Assembly (NCBI GenBank): GCA_030141605.1
Contig: JAQGDQ010000008.1
Location: forward strand, 1-64,000
Length of the DNA stretch: 64,000 bases
From: Tubiluchus corallicola
Lineage: Eukaryota > Animalia > Priapulida
Direction: 5' to 3'
The notes below the pieces were generated by a model, which was given only the letters and a program-made list of their open reading frames with translations, had not been told where the DNA came from and searched no databases. This document shows, one piece after another, positions 1 to 25,675 of the stretch. The translations under genes and the position numbers were made by a program. Numbering within the stretch: the first letter of the stretch is position 1; each line of letters starts with the position of its first letter.

Positions 1-907
1 GTTACTGCTCGTCTAACGATCATCGCGGGAAAGGAAAACCGGATGATTTTTTATACTCAATCTCATTCTAATTTACTGTCCAAAATATACGTTTTCTTGC
101 CTATTAAAGTTAGCAATTGTTTCTTATATTTGAATAATTAGCTTAGAAAGTTAATTAACGGCAACCGAACGCAGCTATTGCTTACGTCATCATCATCATC
201 ATCATACGCCCGTCACGTCTATTGCAGACATTGGGCAGGCAGATTTCTAAAATAAAAGAAATCTGCCTTCAGACAGGTAATCCAGCAAAAGAACTAGACA
301 CTGCTACGCCAGTGGCATGTCAGCACCACTTCCGTTAAAATCAGAAACTAACCGCCGTTTCTGCAATAGCAGGCATCTTCCCTTCGCGTCATGCACATTT
401 CCGTAAGTTTTACAGTACTGCTTAAACGCGTGATGTCACGAAAATGGATTCTACGTCATATGACGTCAGAAACTAGCACAGCAGTTCATGATCATAGTTA
501 TCACGGTGCCGCCTTCTATTTGTCGGCCACGCTTATGTGACAAAACCGCGCAGTTGCCAATCTTAGTAGATTCACTGAGCCGCGCGTAGCTTTGAAAGTT
601 TAACAAAATTTGAGTATCCGAGGTAATTATTATTTAATCTAAACTTTGATTTAAAAAAGCTATTATAGTTTTCAATATTTTAGCGCATTCCTTATTCTGA
701 ACTAATGTTTACACAATCGTCCGGTTTTCTTTTAAATTTATTGCCGACGCAAGTATAAAACTTTAAGATGAATTTTTTAAGCTTTATGTAAATGGAGTTT
801 TTTCTTGTACTTTAATTGTTTACGAGTGCTTGTTTGTTAACGGCTACTTATTAACTAAGGAATGTATAATAGCTAATTTGTTTTTTAATGACACGTATAC
901 GCTTTAC

Positions 908-13114
<12,207 letters not shown>

Positions 13115-16100
13115 GACGTTGGTGATTTACGTGAAATTCTTGAACAAATCGTCTGCACGACAACACACAGCAATAGCCATGACGCAAACAGTGTCCAAAA
13201 AACAATAATTTACAAGATTAAAACGACATGCATGTCATTGTGCGCTGATGTACAAACCAGAAAGTATGTTGGGATGAACTTTGGACAAACACAGAGATCA
13301 AGTTTACCTTTCAGTTATAGCACAGTATTTACAAGTAACTGATACTGAAACAGCAAATATTTGGAAACAGTCCAAAACTGTGCATTTATTGTAGCCAATT
13401 TATGCTGGAAATATACGCATAATTACGTTTCATTATAGTGTTTTTTATAATTGTTATCTTATAGTCACCATAAGGCCATTTCTACTTGGAAAAAGCAAAC
13501 TGTATCTCTGTCTTTTTAGTCCAATTAAAAGAGTTCGTATACGTGTAGTTATTATTGTAGTAATTATCAAAAGCAACAAAACCTAAGTGCAGCAAAAACT
13601 GCTTCTGTACTGACACGCTCCCCTAAAGCTATACCGCGTGCCCTTCATAAAACATGCTTGTACTTCCTTTATCATATTTTGGGTTTTGTAGATCGATCAA
13701 GTTTAAACAATAAGAACATTGCTCTATAGTTTTACGCAGGTTTAGGCTAATTTTCGTTCATTTAAAACAACAATACTGTAAGCCTTAAATTGAAAAACAC
13801 AAAACCATTAAATTTTTAGGCCGTGTCGCTCAAACTACAGAGTAAGCCAAAAGTAGCCGTACAACTACAGGCATTCATTTGCAGCATACAGAAACATAAA
13901 TAGAAAACACTAGAATCAATTTATAAAATTCTTCTCGTCGTTATTCTCGTCGTTACCATTCACTGAAATTGGTAATAAATATAGGTGCAAATAAAAATTT
14001 AATGTCATTCGCTTGGAGGCCTACTTGTCTATAATTGGAAAGAATTTTTGTTTCTAGAAAATATTGTTATCTGCAGTTAATGTGCTTCCATTCTTGAGGG
14101 CTTAACCGGACCTTCATTGTGGCACCGGAACAGTCAAGATGTTAGTTGGCTGTTCTGCTAGAACTACTCCTATAAAGTTGATTAGTATGCTCTTAGGGCT
14201 CTAAAACGCACAGTGTAAAAATAGGTCCTTAAAGTAACGTGTACGCAAGTACTAGCTGAAGCAATCAGTCAAGCAATTGAAGAGACTGCACGTGAAACAA
14301 AAATATGAGTCATGCACGATCAGTTACAAAATCTGTTATGAGCATTACTTGTAGCACGTCCTATAGGTCATCCTTGGTGGAGAGTACTGCTACTGTTTAT
14401 ATTTGGCATAATAGCAGAACAGCCAACTAGCATGTAGGCTGTAAGGAAGATATGCGGATGGTCCAGTTAACCTCCAAAATATGTTGAAGCACACTAACTG
14501 TTGAGAACCACTTGCTTCAATTATACAAAGATTTTTTGAGTTTCTACAAGGCATACAACCGCTAGAGTTTCTAAATGAAGGTGCGCTAACCAACAGCAAA
14601 CTGACTCAGCCAGGTGATTTGGCAGTGTTTGGACGGTTGACGATGCTTTGTTTTACGTTATTCTCAATAATTTACTACCAAAGAAGCAAAATAACTCAAC
14701 CAGATGTTTTAGTTGCATTTGACCTGTTCTCAGTGCGTTATTTTACGTTATTTTAGTCATTTAGTTACTAAAGCCGTTTTAACAACTAGACAACACACTA
14801 ACAACAAAAAGACTACAACGCCAAACATGACGCATTTTAAAAATATAACATTTTATTATTTTGTAAACAACACTGAAATAAATTCTTTGAATCAATAAAG
14901 TGTTTATGTCGTAAGATCCCATCAAGCAAGAACTGGCGGGTAGTCAAAAATTAGTTAATATTAGTTTTATATTAGCAAATTTGAAATTTTAGCTATTACT
15001 CGACTTTAAAATTTTCTCAGGAAAAATGACTTATTCCATAATACTTCATGGCATCGCCCAGGTGACGAAATTAGTAGCACGGGAAATCGCGAAACAATAT
15101 TCAAAAATCTTTTCGTCCTTCTAAAAGCAATCATAACATCTAAATATAAATTATTAATGATAACCATTGCTTGGTAATCTATTATTTACCACAGTGTGTT
15201 TGAAATGAGACGCCATCTATTGGTATAAATAATGAATAAACACATTCCTTAAAAAAGAAAGAAGTTTGACAAACATCAGTCGCGCCAAGCACGGCATGGT
15301 CAAAGAACTGAGAACAAACTAACCGTTTTTCAGTTGCCGCAAGCCAAAGCTAAATTATACAGGCACTACGTCAAGAAATGGTAGACCCGCAGTCACCCGC
15401 TAGACTCCATAAAAGTTATCACAAGTAGATCAACGTGTTCATTTACATTTTTTTGCGTTTACAGGGTGGTACATAACATTTTGGTAGTAGGAGTACGTAA
15501 CACAAGTAATAGTATAGATCAAAGTATTGTTCAAAAATTTGGTGCGTAGGCCTCAGACTGTTCGCACAGCCAACAGCCCTGAAGGGTATGATCGAAGCAG
15601 TGACCTGAAAACTCTGTGAAACTTCTTTTGATTGAATTGAATGGTTTGAAGATTCACCGGACCTCATTCCGCCCAAAAACTCCAAGGCGCTAAGATGATA
15701 GAAAAAACACGCCATCGATCAACATTCAGCAGTTAAATCTATGAGACACATGTAAGATCTTGAGATGATCTTGAGTTTCTCGAGTCACTGCTCCCACCAT
15801 ACCCCTCTAGCTTCCAGGTTGAGAAAGGACTGGCAATGTTCTACCCTAAACTTTAAAGGCATGATAGATTCACCGTTCTCTAAACAAAACTTTAATGTAA
15901 TAAATTGTTCTGTATTATAACTCGTTATTGTTGTACTCCTCTAGCAAAACATTCTGTACATAATTGTGTTATTCTTATTTAATTAAAGATAACAATTCTT
16001 AAATAAATGAATTGTGACACCAGTCTCTTTGAGAAACTCTTGTAATCGCACCCTCGTAGACCAAGGGTCATAGGATCGGCAAATGCAGCTGCAGAAGATA

Positions 16101-16467
16101 CTAAATAAGTTTTTAGTAATTTTTTAAAAATGTTTTTTCATTTAATCCTATTCATTGATTTATAAAGGTTAATCATTTCTTGACATCTGCGTAGTGACTC
16201 CACAAAAGCGTTGCCTTTTGATGAGCTTAGCTACATAATGTCAATTACATTCAGTCAGCAATAAATATAGTAATACTTTAGATAAGTATTATTATATTCT
16301 TTCCTTGGTGTACTGTTGAAATATCTGGATCTTGCTTGAAGCACAGCGAGTTACCATCAAAAAACCACAAAGGCGTTTGAGTGTTCAATGTCATCAAAAA
16401 TGAGCGAAAATGTATTCAAATTAATACTGGCTCAGGTACTTTTCCTAATAAAATACTGTTTTCTTAA

Positions 16468-18090
16468 TCAGTAAACGTGTTCTGCGATTCTGGCACAATC
16501 CTCGTACCGCCTCATTTTCGTTCGCCATTTTAGAAAACCGCGTCCATCTACCATCTGCCATATCATCAGTATCTTTTTGACATCTGTTTCTGCAAGAGAT
16601 TGATAAAATGCTGCTAGAGGTGCCACTTAACGCACATGTTTCATGCACGAACTGAACAAAGGAACGAAATTTGTTTGTATGCAAAAGACAAGCATTTTGA
16701 AATGTAGAAAATAATGCGTACTAAATGTGATCAAAAGTACATAAAGCTTGAAAAATTTTCTATTAACAAGTTCTTGAAAGGATCCAAAGGTTGTCGCATC
16801 CTCAGCAGGCAGATTAAAACAAGATAGAAATGAGTGTAAGCTGCTTGCGTAGAAAAAGCCCAGGCTAGTGGAATTATGCCCAGGCAAAAAAATTACTAGT
16901 AAATTTCTTACAACTTAGATGGCACTATTATGTCTCTACTGCAGTGCGTCACCGCTAGTACTATTTCTTTAAATCGAGAAGCAAGTCAGACTGCACGTTT
17001 TACACCAAATAGTAATATGCAGGCTACAAGGTCAGTGATCTGCCATGTAATTGTGACACTTGCTTTTGCTTTTGCTTTTTTAATCGCTAAACCAATTTTA
17101 CAATTATTTCAAAATCAAGTTAAACTTTTTCGGTCTTATATTCAGACAAGTTTACCTCTAATTCTCCCCATTTTTCTAGTCACACTTCTCCACATTATCC
17201 ATTTTAATGGTGGTAATAATGGTTTATTGGCTTATTGATGGTAATAATCATTGAACACTTTGCTGAGACATTTGTAATTGTTTTAAAGTCATTTAGACCG
17301 TTTTTCGGGTTTACAAGATGTAGACTTCTTAAACAAAATCGTTCCTCTTTCTCCCAATTTGTTTCTTATTCGCAGTTTTCTGTATCATCTATTTTGAAAT
17401 GATGGTAATCGAAAAGCTGTAATTTTTTCAGGCTTAAAATGTACAAACGCTTTAAATAAATTTAAAGTTTTCTAAATAATCTATTTCTAAGCAATGATAA
17501 TTATTGCTTCCTTGGTTTCCTTAATACAAAGTTGATGCATTAAAGAAAAACGTGCGTTAAAGAGGTTTTCTGTAGAAAGACAATTTTCCCGACAAAAGCA
17601 ATCAAAAGCAAAATATGGATGCGTGTTATTTAAAACAAAAACGAGATTGCAGAGGTTGGCAAAGAATCTGATATTGAAATTACACAATAATGTTGCCTGT
17701 CTAGGCTTCCTATAATTATTGCTAGTTTGCATCGTAATCCTAAAAGCAGAAAAACTGTAAAAGCAAAGCATCTTCTATGTTATTAAAGCATCTAAAACAG
17801 TCTTTTTTTACCTGTATTCAAAAATAATAAATAAACATCGAACAAAGTGTCATGCCAAAGAGTAAAAACTGTCCACACGTTTACACGTTACGACAGAGTG
17901 ACTTACGTTTATACTGCAAACGTGGCTTACCGTCCGTACCTGATTTCCTGGCAAGGTGCATTACGTCATGGAGGGGGTTTGCACCACACGACACAGAGCG
18001 TTCTACATTTAGCGAATAACAAATAGAATAAGGTACGATGCAGACCAAAGCAAATAATATGATTGCTAACCAAGTGTCTCTCAACCTCAT
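16468..18090 (-). CDS. Putative small secreted protein or peptide precursor (~90-101 aa); exons ~17931-18090 and 16468-16589
   Basis: TTTTTCAG acceptor just before ATG 18090. N-terminus MRLRDTWLAIILFALVCIVPYSIC looks like a signal peptide. Three phase-1 donors (exon ends 17940, 17931, 17907) all join the TCTCTTGCAG acceptor at 16589, giving TDVKKILMIWQMVDGRGFLKWRTKMRRYEDCARIAEHVY-stop. No homology recognised. Confidence 0.5.
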
Positions 18091-19319
18091 GTCTGAAAAA
18101 ATAAAACACATTATAGAATGAGTCACCCACAATTATAAAGTTCTTGAAACCAAAGTTCAATGAAAGAAAGGAAATGGTGAAATGGTTGAGCCTGAGACGG
18201 GATTGGAAAAATGACCATCGGGTTGTTGTTACAGGTTGAATGCCATGAACACTTGACACTTGAACACTTCTTTTTCTATATTTGGGCTTTTACTGCCATT
18301 ATTTTTGGAATGCCTTTCTTGCTGATCTACAGGCTTTGGTTCAAATCCAGACCGAGTGAGCTTTTGCACATTTCCTTCTTTTTGGTTAGGTCTTATTACT
18401 TTTAGAAATTTAGTAACAGTGGTTCAAATTCATCACTTAAATTAAAATTAAGATTATACGTAATTAATAATTTGCCAGTGTTCCTTGCAGTTTGCAGAAA
18501 TTCCGCTGCTGTTGCAAATTTGGAAAACAGAAATTAAATTTTATTAATGTCATTGAACCCTTTTAGGACAACAAATAGTACATGGTGACTAAAAATACTA
18601 TACTATTTTCATTAATTTGTGTAACAGCTTTGTTAGGTCTGTTAATGTTGTTGTTACAGTATGGTATACTATTGTTCCGGTACTCTGGTGAAACAACCAA
18701 TGGTGTATTTCGACCCACGTAGTGGTTCATTTGAGCATTCCCCAAATAACGTAAAATAATCATTCTCAACTTCCTTATGGATTTTTTATTGGATTTTTAT
18801 TCTGTCATGAAGAATCAGCACGCAGACCGTTGCTTGTTGTACCGAGTCACACTACTCACAAGACGTAAGCCATAGATTTGCAGAATCAAACACCTTTAAC
18901 AGCTTTGTGAAAAGCTAGACGTCTCAGTACCATACGATACTTTCTATTTTCTATAGTACCCTGAATGTAAACACCTATTTTACATCTATACACCTACAAA
19001 ACAAAACTAAAATGGCAGTTTTGTAAAATGTTAATTAAGATACCAGTCATATAATTTTGGGCAGCATCTCATTATATCATTGTTGATTCGAATGAGTACT
19101 CTGAGTGCTCCCAGGTCTATAATTATGTTTGCGCATTAGTACTACAGAGTTAAGTGCCGGCCTTGAATTGAGATGGTTGGATGCGGTAATGAAATATAAC
19201 GGCAATAACTATTTCTATACTTAGGAACTCTTGTGTTAAAATTTTGGCCAAAATTATGCCTACATGTTATTGAAAGCAACATTTGAATGTAGATTGGCGG
19301 GGCGTCATTAGCGACCTAG

Positions 19320-19465
19320 CAATGCCGTATGTGCTTAGCAGTTGAATGGGTGACCAGGAAAGACTACACTTCTGAACAGTTTCATCTAGCACCATTAGAG
19401 CTGGTTAGTGAATGGACGGCTGACCGCGGCGAAAATTACTGCTAACTAGTTTCATCTATCATCGC
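19320..19465 (+). mobile_element. Two adjacent degenerate 5S-derived SINE-like fragments
   Basis: GAATGGGTGACC...AGTTTCATCT and CTGGTTAGTGAATGGACGGCTGACCGC...AAAATTAC...AGTTTCATCT. Confidence 0.4.
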
Positions 19466-22400
19466 ACAGCCAGGCTAGTATAAGTGAAAACTTTAAGAAT
19501 GATACATATACATACTAAGTTACTAACGCACTATACAATCGCGACTGCTTTTGATTAGAATTAGTCTATGCCAAGAAGGGAAGTTCGCATTATACATTAT
19601 ATTGCATCAGAAATTCAGGATATTATATTTTTGCTAAAAATACAAGTTGAAAATGATAACTGGCAGTTAAACTCAGGCAACCTACAGTAACCCTTGGTAC
19701 TGTAATATGCTCCTTTTATTGTTAACTGATTGTATAAAATTACCTTAATTAGTAATTGTTTCTCTGGAAATATCCCTGCAATATAATCATTATGGCTGTT
19801 TATTTTTCGCTGCGTCACTTCAATATCGTATATAAAAGACGGCTGGTAGGATTTTATTGGTTTAGTAATGTTTGATTTTACGCAAGATCTGAGCAAAAAT
19901 ATTTGCTTGAAAAACTGCGCGTTCTTCATAAAACACAACATGGTGGGTGGTTGATAGCTTTTCCATCCACCGGAACTGAATCTCTTCAAAGAATGATGCT
20001 TTAGAGAATTTTACATTACAACAGCGCTTTGTAAAGTTCAATTTCAAAATTTATAAAGTTTTACTTTTATGTAACGTAGGGGGAAAAGGCTTTGAGGTTT
20101 TCCGATATTTGTTACTCTTTTCTGGTGATTTATGTGATATGGGATGAAATTAAGTGTAAAGATGTTGTTTCCGAATATTAGCTGGCGCTATAAGACGAGA
20201 CTCCTTAATTACTGCAGAGGTTGGTTATACAACGTCTCTCTTTAACATAGCAACTAGTTTCATCAGTCATACGTTTTTTGCCAGCAGAATCTTTTGCTTT
20301 ATGAAAAAACGTTTTTTAATTTTTAGTTTAGTGGCAAAACAGCCCACCTCTCAACAGAACTCCTCTGCTTTGCACAGATGAGTAGAAGCTTAAGCGTCAG
20401 AGTCATTAATTAGAAATTGGCAGAAACCTAGTTTAGATTTCCAATGGCTCAGCAGTTATCCTACACATTGGCCAACAAGAAGCTTAATATAGGGGCATTT
20501 CGCTCTTATAGTACTACTTACTAAGCAGCGCTTACAGCACTTGTCGTTGAATTAATAAGACAAAGTCTGGTGATTAATGATTGCACTATTAATGATACTT
20601 ATCAGATTGCATTCATACAAAAATTTAGTTAGACTGTGGAATAGTACTGAATGTAAATTTTCTTGTATTTTGCACGTTTTTTTGTGAAAAAGATATGGTT
20701 GCATCGCAGTTTGAACCCACAAATAACAAATAATACTCGCATTTTCCACGTAGTAACACCATCCTCCTAAATCATTAGAAAAAACATTTTAAAGGCAGGT
20801 GAATGAGAAGGTCAATACCTATTAAACGTGAGCAACACAAAGCATCTTTTCACACGAAAGAAGCGCAAATATCTTAAATATCTGTTAGGTATTTGTGAAA
20901 GTATAAAGAGAAGGGAGCTACTAGACTATTAAAAACTGTCACAGTTTGGAACAAAAATAAAAAAATGTCTGCATTATTTGAACCTGTATTCCTATATAAC
21001 TCTGAACTATATATGGACACTGAATGCACCACGAACGCGCCCTACTTCTTCAATGGAAAGAAACTGATATGTTCATGTGTGGATTATACAAAATTCTGGT
21101 GTAGATCAAATAGCTGAACAAAAACTTTTTTATTCGTGTCGCCTTCAGTAACCACGGTTTAGAGTAACCAAATACTGCGTTATGCAACATATTAGAAAAC
21201 TTATTGTTATGTAATAAATTTGCGTTACTATACAACAATCAAAATTTGACATTTTTATGTTATCATGTAACAAAAAGTGTTGCATTATTCAGCAAATTGA
21301 TGAAGTGCTTTGCTGCGTAATGGTTGGGTTTTGTCACGGTCAATTATTGGCTTGGTCTGGTTTGATCTGTGGCTGGTATGCCTGTGTTCTGGTCTTTCAC
21401 TGTCAGAAGTGTCTATGACATGGTTATCCGGGATATAGTTTGTCTGAAATATCACCTGTCTGAGGTCTAGCCTACATGAAGTCTGATTTAATAGAGTCTT
21501 AGTTTTGCTAGGTTTGGTGCGAGAGAGTTACTTGTTACACAAAGGAGAAAAATGCCTGCATTAATCAGCACCAGAAACTAAAAAATGGACCGCAGTATCT
21601 CCTGAACTTTGGGAATTGCAGACTTGCCATTCATAGACGAGACATCTTATACATTAGAACTCAAACAGAAACCCAGGCAGACCAGACGAAGCCGGAACCA
21701 CATCTGCAATAGAACGAAAGTGACAGTCATAGTGATTGTCACATGACGACATAATGATTGTTATGCATTGTTGCATAATTACGAATTTTGTGATGTTACA
21801 TAATGCTGCATTATTACATAGTTAACCTCTTTTATTTTTTGTTTACTGGACGTTAACAAGCGGATAATACGTACAATTAGACTTCCAGTTTCACATGTTA
21901 AACCGATTTTAAAGAATTAGTGAAACAAGCGAAAAAGCCTGTAGCTAAAGATCTTAGTAACAGCAGATTAAACCTACCTAAGAGGCACACAAGCATGCGT
22001 AGGTGTAGAATCAAACTAAGAACTTGTGACGTTCACAATTCTGCATGCTGAAAAATAAGACTGACCTGGAACTCAACGGCAGCATTTTCCGAATGTCAAT
22101 CTAAATTAAATCAGAATCAATTTGTGCTTGGTGTGACATGGATTTTCGAGCAAGGAGTGCCAGCTTCCTTTGACTTTGCCAGGCTCATGTCTGTGAACTT
22201 ATGGGTCTTTTATATTTCATCTCACGAAACACATCACTTGATGGATTCGTACTGACATTTGCTTTAAGTATTTTATTTACGAGTTAACACGTATATTTAG
22301 AACTCATAATTGCATCAAAAAACGTAATTTGCGAAACAAAATGTACAGTTTAAGTTGTTTGAACAGCAATTTGAACTAAGTCTTATTATAGAGATAACTC

Positions 22401-22834
22401 AGATAAATTACAATCAGTTCGATGATACTACACATAAAATAAACATCTCCGACATAATAAATTGACATGTCCAATTTCGTGCAAGTAGAAAACATCCAAA
22501 TGACCGTAACTAATAGATACGTAATTGCAAATTATTACACATGTACATGCAAGAACATAAATATACAAGTGGCAATATATGAGGAGCAGTTTAATTGGAT
22601 TCAAATCTTTCGCTGCTCCGAATAAAATCAACTACACTGAGAAACAAAATTGATAGATTTGAAAAAAAGCGTATCTTTGATGTCGATAATTAAAGCTACT
22701 TTTCAGTCCACTGAAGACTTACAATCTGCAATCACAGAGGGAATTCCTATGCTAATTTATATTACCAAGTAGAGAAATTATATCTAATATATATATATAT
22801 TAATCTATTATATGCGAAGCCAATATAGTTTAAG

Positions 22835-23650
22835 GTAAATGCTCCCAGAATCTCATGCTGGGGGAAATCATTTGAATGTGTCTCTGCAACTATCAAATGT
22901 GCTAATTGTAAGGGAACTCATTCAGCCAGGAGCAACGAATGTCTAATATACAAAGATTTCTTGACTAAATTGACTGACTGAAACATGGCCTGAGACATCG
23001 ATTTCAAACTACAAACTTTCTTTCTTGGCTTTCAAAGTCAGGTGAGAAAAGATAAGGATAAGAATGGAGACGGTATTACCCTTTTTATGGTCATTTCTCT
23101 CTCGTTTTTCGATTGCGAAATGATTTTTTACATTAGATAACTGCTTTCCATAGCTGTGGTTTGAGTTAATTATAAATAACAGTGAAATTTAAACGTGTGT
23201 GTGTTGTCGTTCACCTTAACATATAACACAAGATGCCCGGACCAAAAAACAATTTCATAGCTTATGTGTAGCAATCTTTTGACAATCACTTACATTCGTC
23301 ACCAACGCGCAATTATCTTGTTACTTTTGTCGGTGATTTTTATTCGAAATGTAAATCCGGGATAGAAACGAGGTGAAAGAGAACACAATAGATTCAAAAC
23401 TATTTAATTTTGGACTTCAAAAACCAACTAACGTAACTCATTATAGAACCATAACTTGGACTTTTGAATCTTGACAGCTCGACATTGCTTTCACAACGGC
23501 TTGTTTTGGTATTCAGGAATCTTACTTCAAATTCATACTTGCGATCATAATTCAATAGTTGGTAAATTGTTTCTTAAATATCAGCGATCAAAAGCGTACC
23601 ATAGAAAAGTTTACTACTATTCGCACCTGACCGGAACACTTGGTATTCAG
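22835..23650 (+). mobile_element. Decayed LINE ORF1/ORF2 junction (zinc knuckle plus APE endonuclease fossil)
   Basis: IKCANCKGTHSARSNECLIYK (from ~22892), followed by decayed endonuclease motifs VRKDKDKNGDGI (cf. RxDR..GGGV), VGDF (cf. GDFN) and CDHNSI (cf. SDH). Confidence 0.65.
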
Positions 23651-23899
23651 TTTATTACTATAGACTAGATCAGATCAGATTAGACTGGTAGAGATTGACC
23701 AATTGCAAAGATTTTCTTCTAGTGGTAAGTAGTATGTTTATCGGCCAATATTACAGGAGTATTATTACAAATTAACACTTCATGTGATATGCAGCTAATT
23801 AGTCTAACAAATTACAAATTGCAAATTACTACGCTTTTCATTAAGTACTAGATCAATATTTAAAACAGTTACATAGTACATACAGTCAGACACTTCTTT

Positions 23900-24330
23900 T
23901 AATATGGGTGCAATTAAACACGTTTCCTATGTTTCCAAAGTTAAGGCCGAAATTCCTATTATTATAGTTCTAAGACGCTCACTAATTTTACATCCACAAA
24001 GAACATGTTGCTCTGTTTGTATGCTTTCTCTACATTGGCATAGCCCATCTTGTCGGTTTACGTGGTCCACGAAGATAGTCGGCTGATAAACCCATCCTTG
24101 TTCAAAAAATTCTGTGCTTTTAAGCTACATAGATGTTCTTTACATTAATTTTATGAGGCTTCAAGTCTGGATTTATTTCTGTCCACATCTGCCTTTGCAC
24201 TAGCTGACCTCCTCAATCTTTGTAAGCGCAGCTTGCCTACCTTTGCCCATAACCAAAGGTGACCGGTTTAAGTTGGCGAGTCTCTCTATTTTTTTAATGA
24301 TTCGTATTGTATTGCCGTGCAATGATCCGC
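23900..24330 (-). mobile_element. Decayed non-LTR retrotransposon ORF2 C-terminus
   Basis: Minus strand reads TRMGLSADYLR...LCQCRESIQTEQHVLCGC, the C-terminal CxC...E.H....C motif of non-LTR ORF2. Confidence 0.55.
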
Positions 24331-25503
24331 GTTTATTTTCCGAAAAAATATATTATCTAATTTACTATACAAGCAGTGACGTTTCAATGCTGCCACAGAG
24401 TACTTGTGGCTCACCGTGCAGGACCGTTTCCCACTTATTCTCGCATTTTAGTTGTCATCAATTCATTATGCTATTACGTTATGGTAGGTGTTATGTTACA
24501 CGTGTGGTAAGTGTTATGTTACTTCAATCTTTTTCAAAGAGTAAAATGGCCTAGTCTACTTGAAACTGTAAATTATTTACTGCAATTTATAACCATTTAG
24601 CCTATTAATTAATTTTGCAATTTATAGGGAAGATATCATCACTTATTGCCTGTTTTGAAGCAGAAAAAACACATTTTAAATCAGCTTACTTTTTTTACAC
24701 CAAAGAACGCCCACTAAGAATTTTTTGTCCACATCTTGTCTATCATGAATTCCAGTCAACTGTAATACCTTCAAAACAGAGTATTTCCTCCGATTCACAT
24801 GTTTTGCACAAGTTTATCACATTTTACTGCTTTCTTGTTACTCCTAGGCTGATTAATTACCTAATTAAAGCTCAATTATTGAAACGACAACCCCTATAAC
24901 AAACAATAGAACCACCAGGTCCAATTAATAATTGTCATAATACTAATCATAATAGCATTTATTGTACTAAATAAATAGTATTTATTGCAGTACGTGTCTT
25001 CATTAGATGGCGTTTTAACCGCATGTTTATAAGTCATGTTCACAGTTCAACCTAGAGAGATGTAAAAACTACAAGTAGCGATGAGCCACTTCTACAATTA
25101 TAGCGTTTTGCAATAGGGCAGACACGTGGTACAATAACTACTAAAGTAGTGGCATTCGTTACTTGTAGGCGGTGATTCTACCAGTTATTATACTGGTTAT
25201 TAATATTAATCTCATTATTAATTGTTTGTGAAACCAAACCAAGAATATTTCTCAACCGTTTACGATTTTTTTTAATGTGTCAATTGGAAACATCTGTTGA
25301 CGGCTCTTTGATCGCTAGCCGACAATAAATTTAATAATTAATGGCAACTAAAGAAAAAGTGCACTTAATTGAGCCAATGTTCTATAAAACAAATCTTCGA
25401 TCGCCCCGGTAAGAAAGCTGGGGTTTTTCCCAGTTACTCCGGTGGAAAATATGAAATTAAAATTTTCCTTCGTTTTTTAATTAGGCGTCACAGGTTGTAT
25501 AAC

Positions 25504-25675
<172 letters not shown>

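Noticed and set aside
13200-13520. TonE/ORE osmotic response elements upstream of the SMIT-like gene
   Set aside because: TGGAAA cores near 13362 and 13487 do not fit TGGAAANNYNY.
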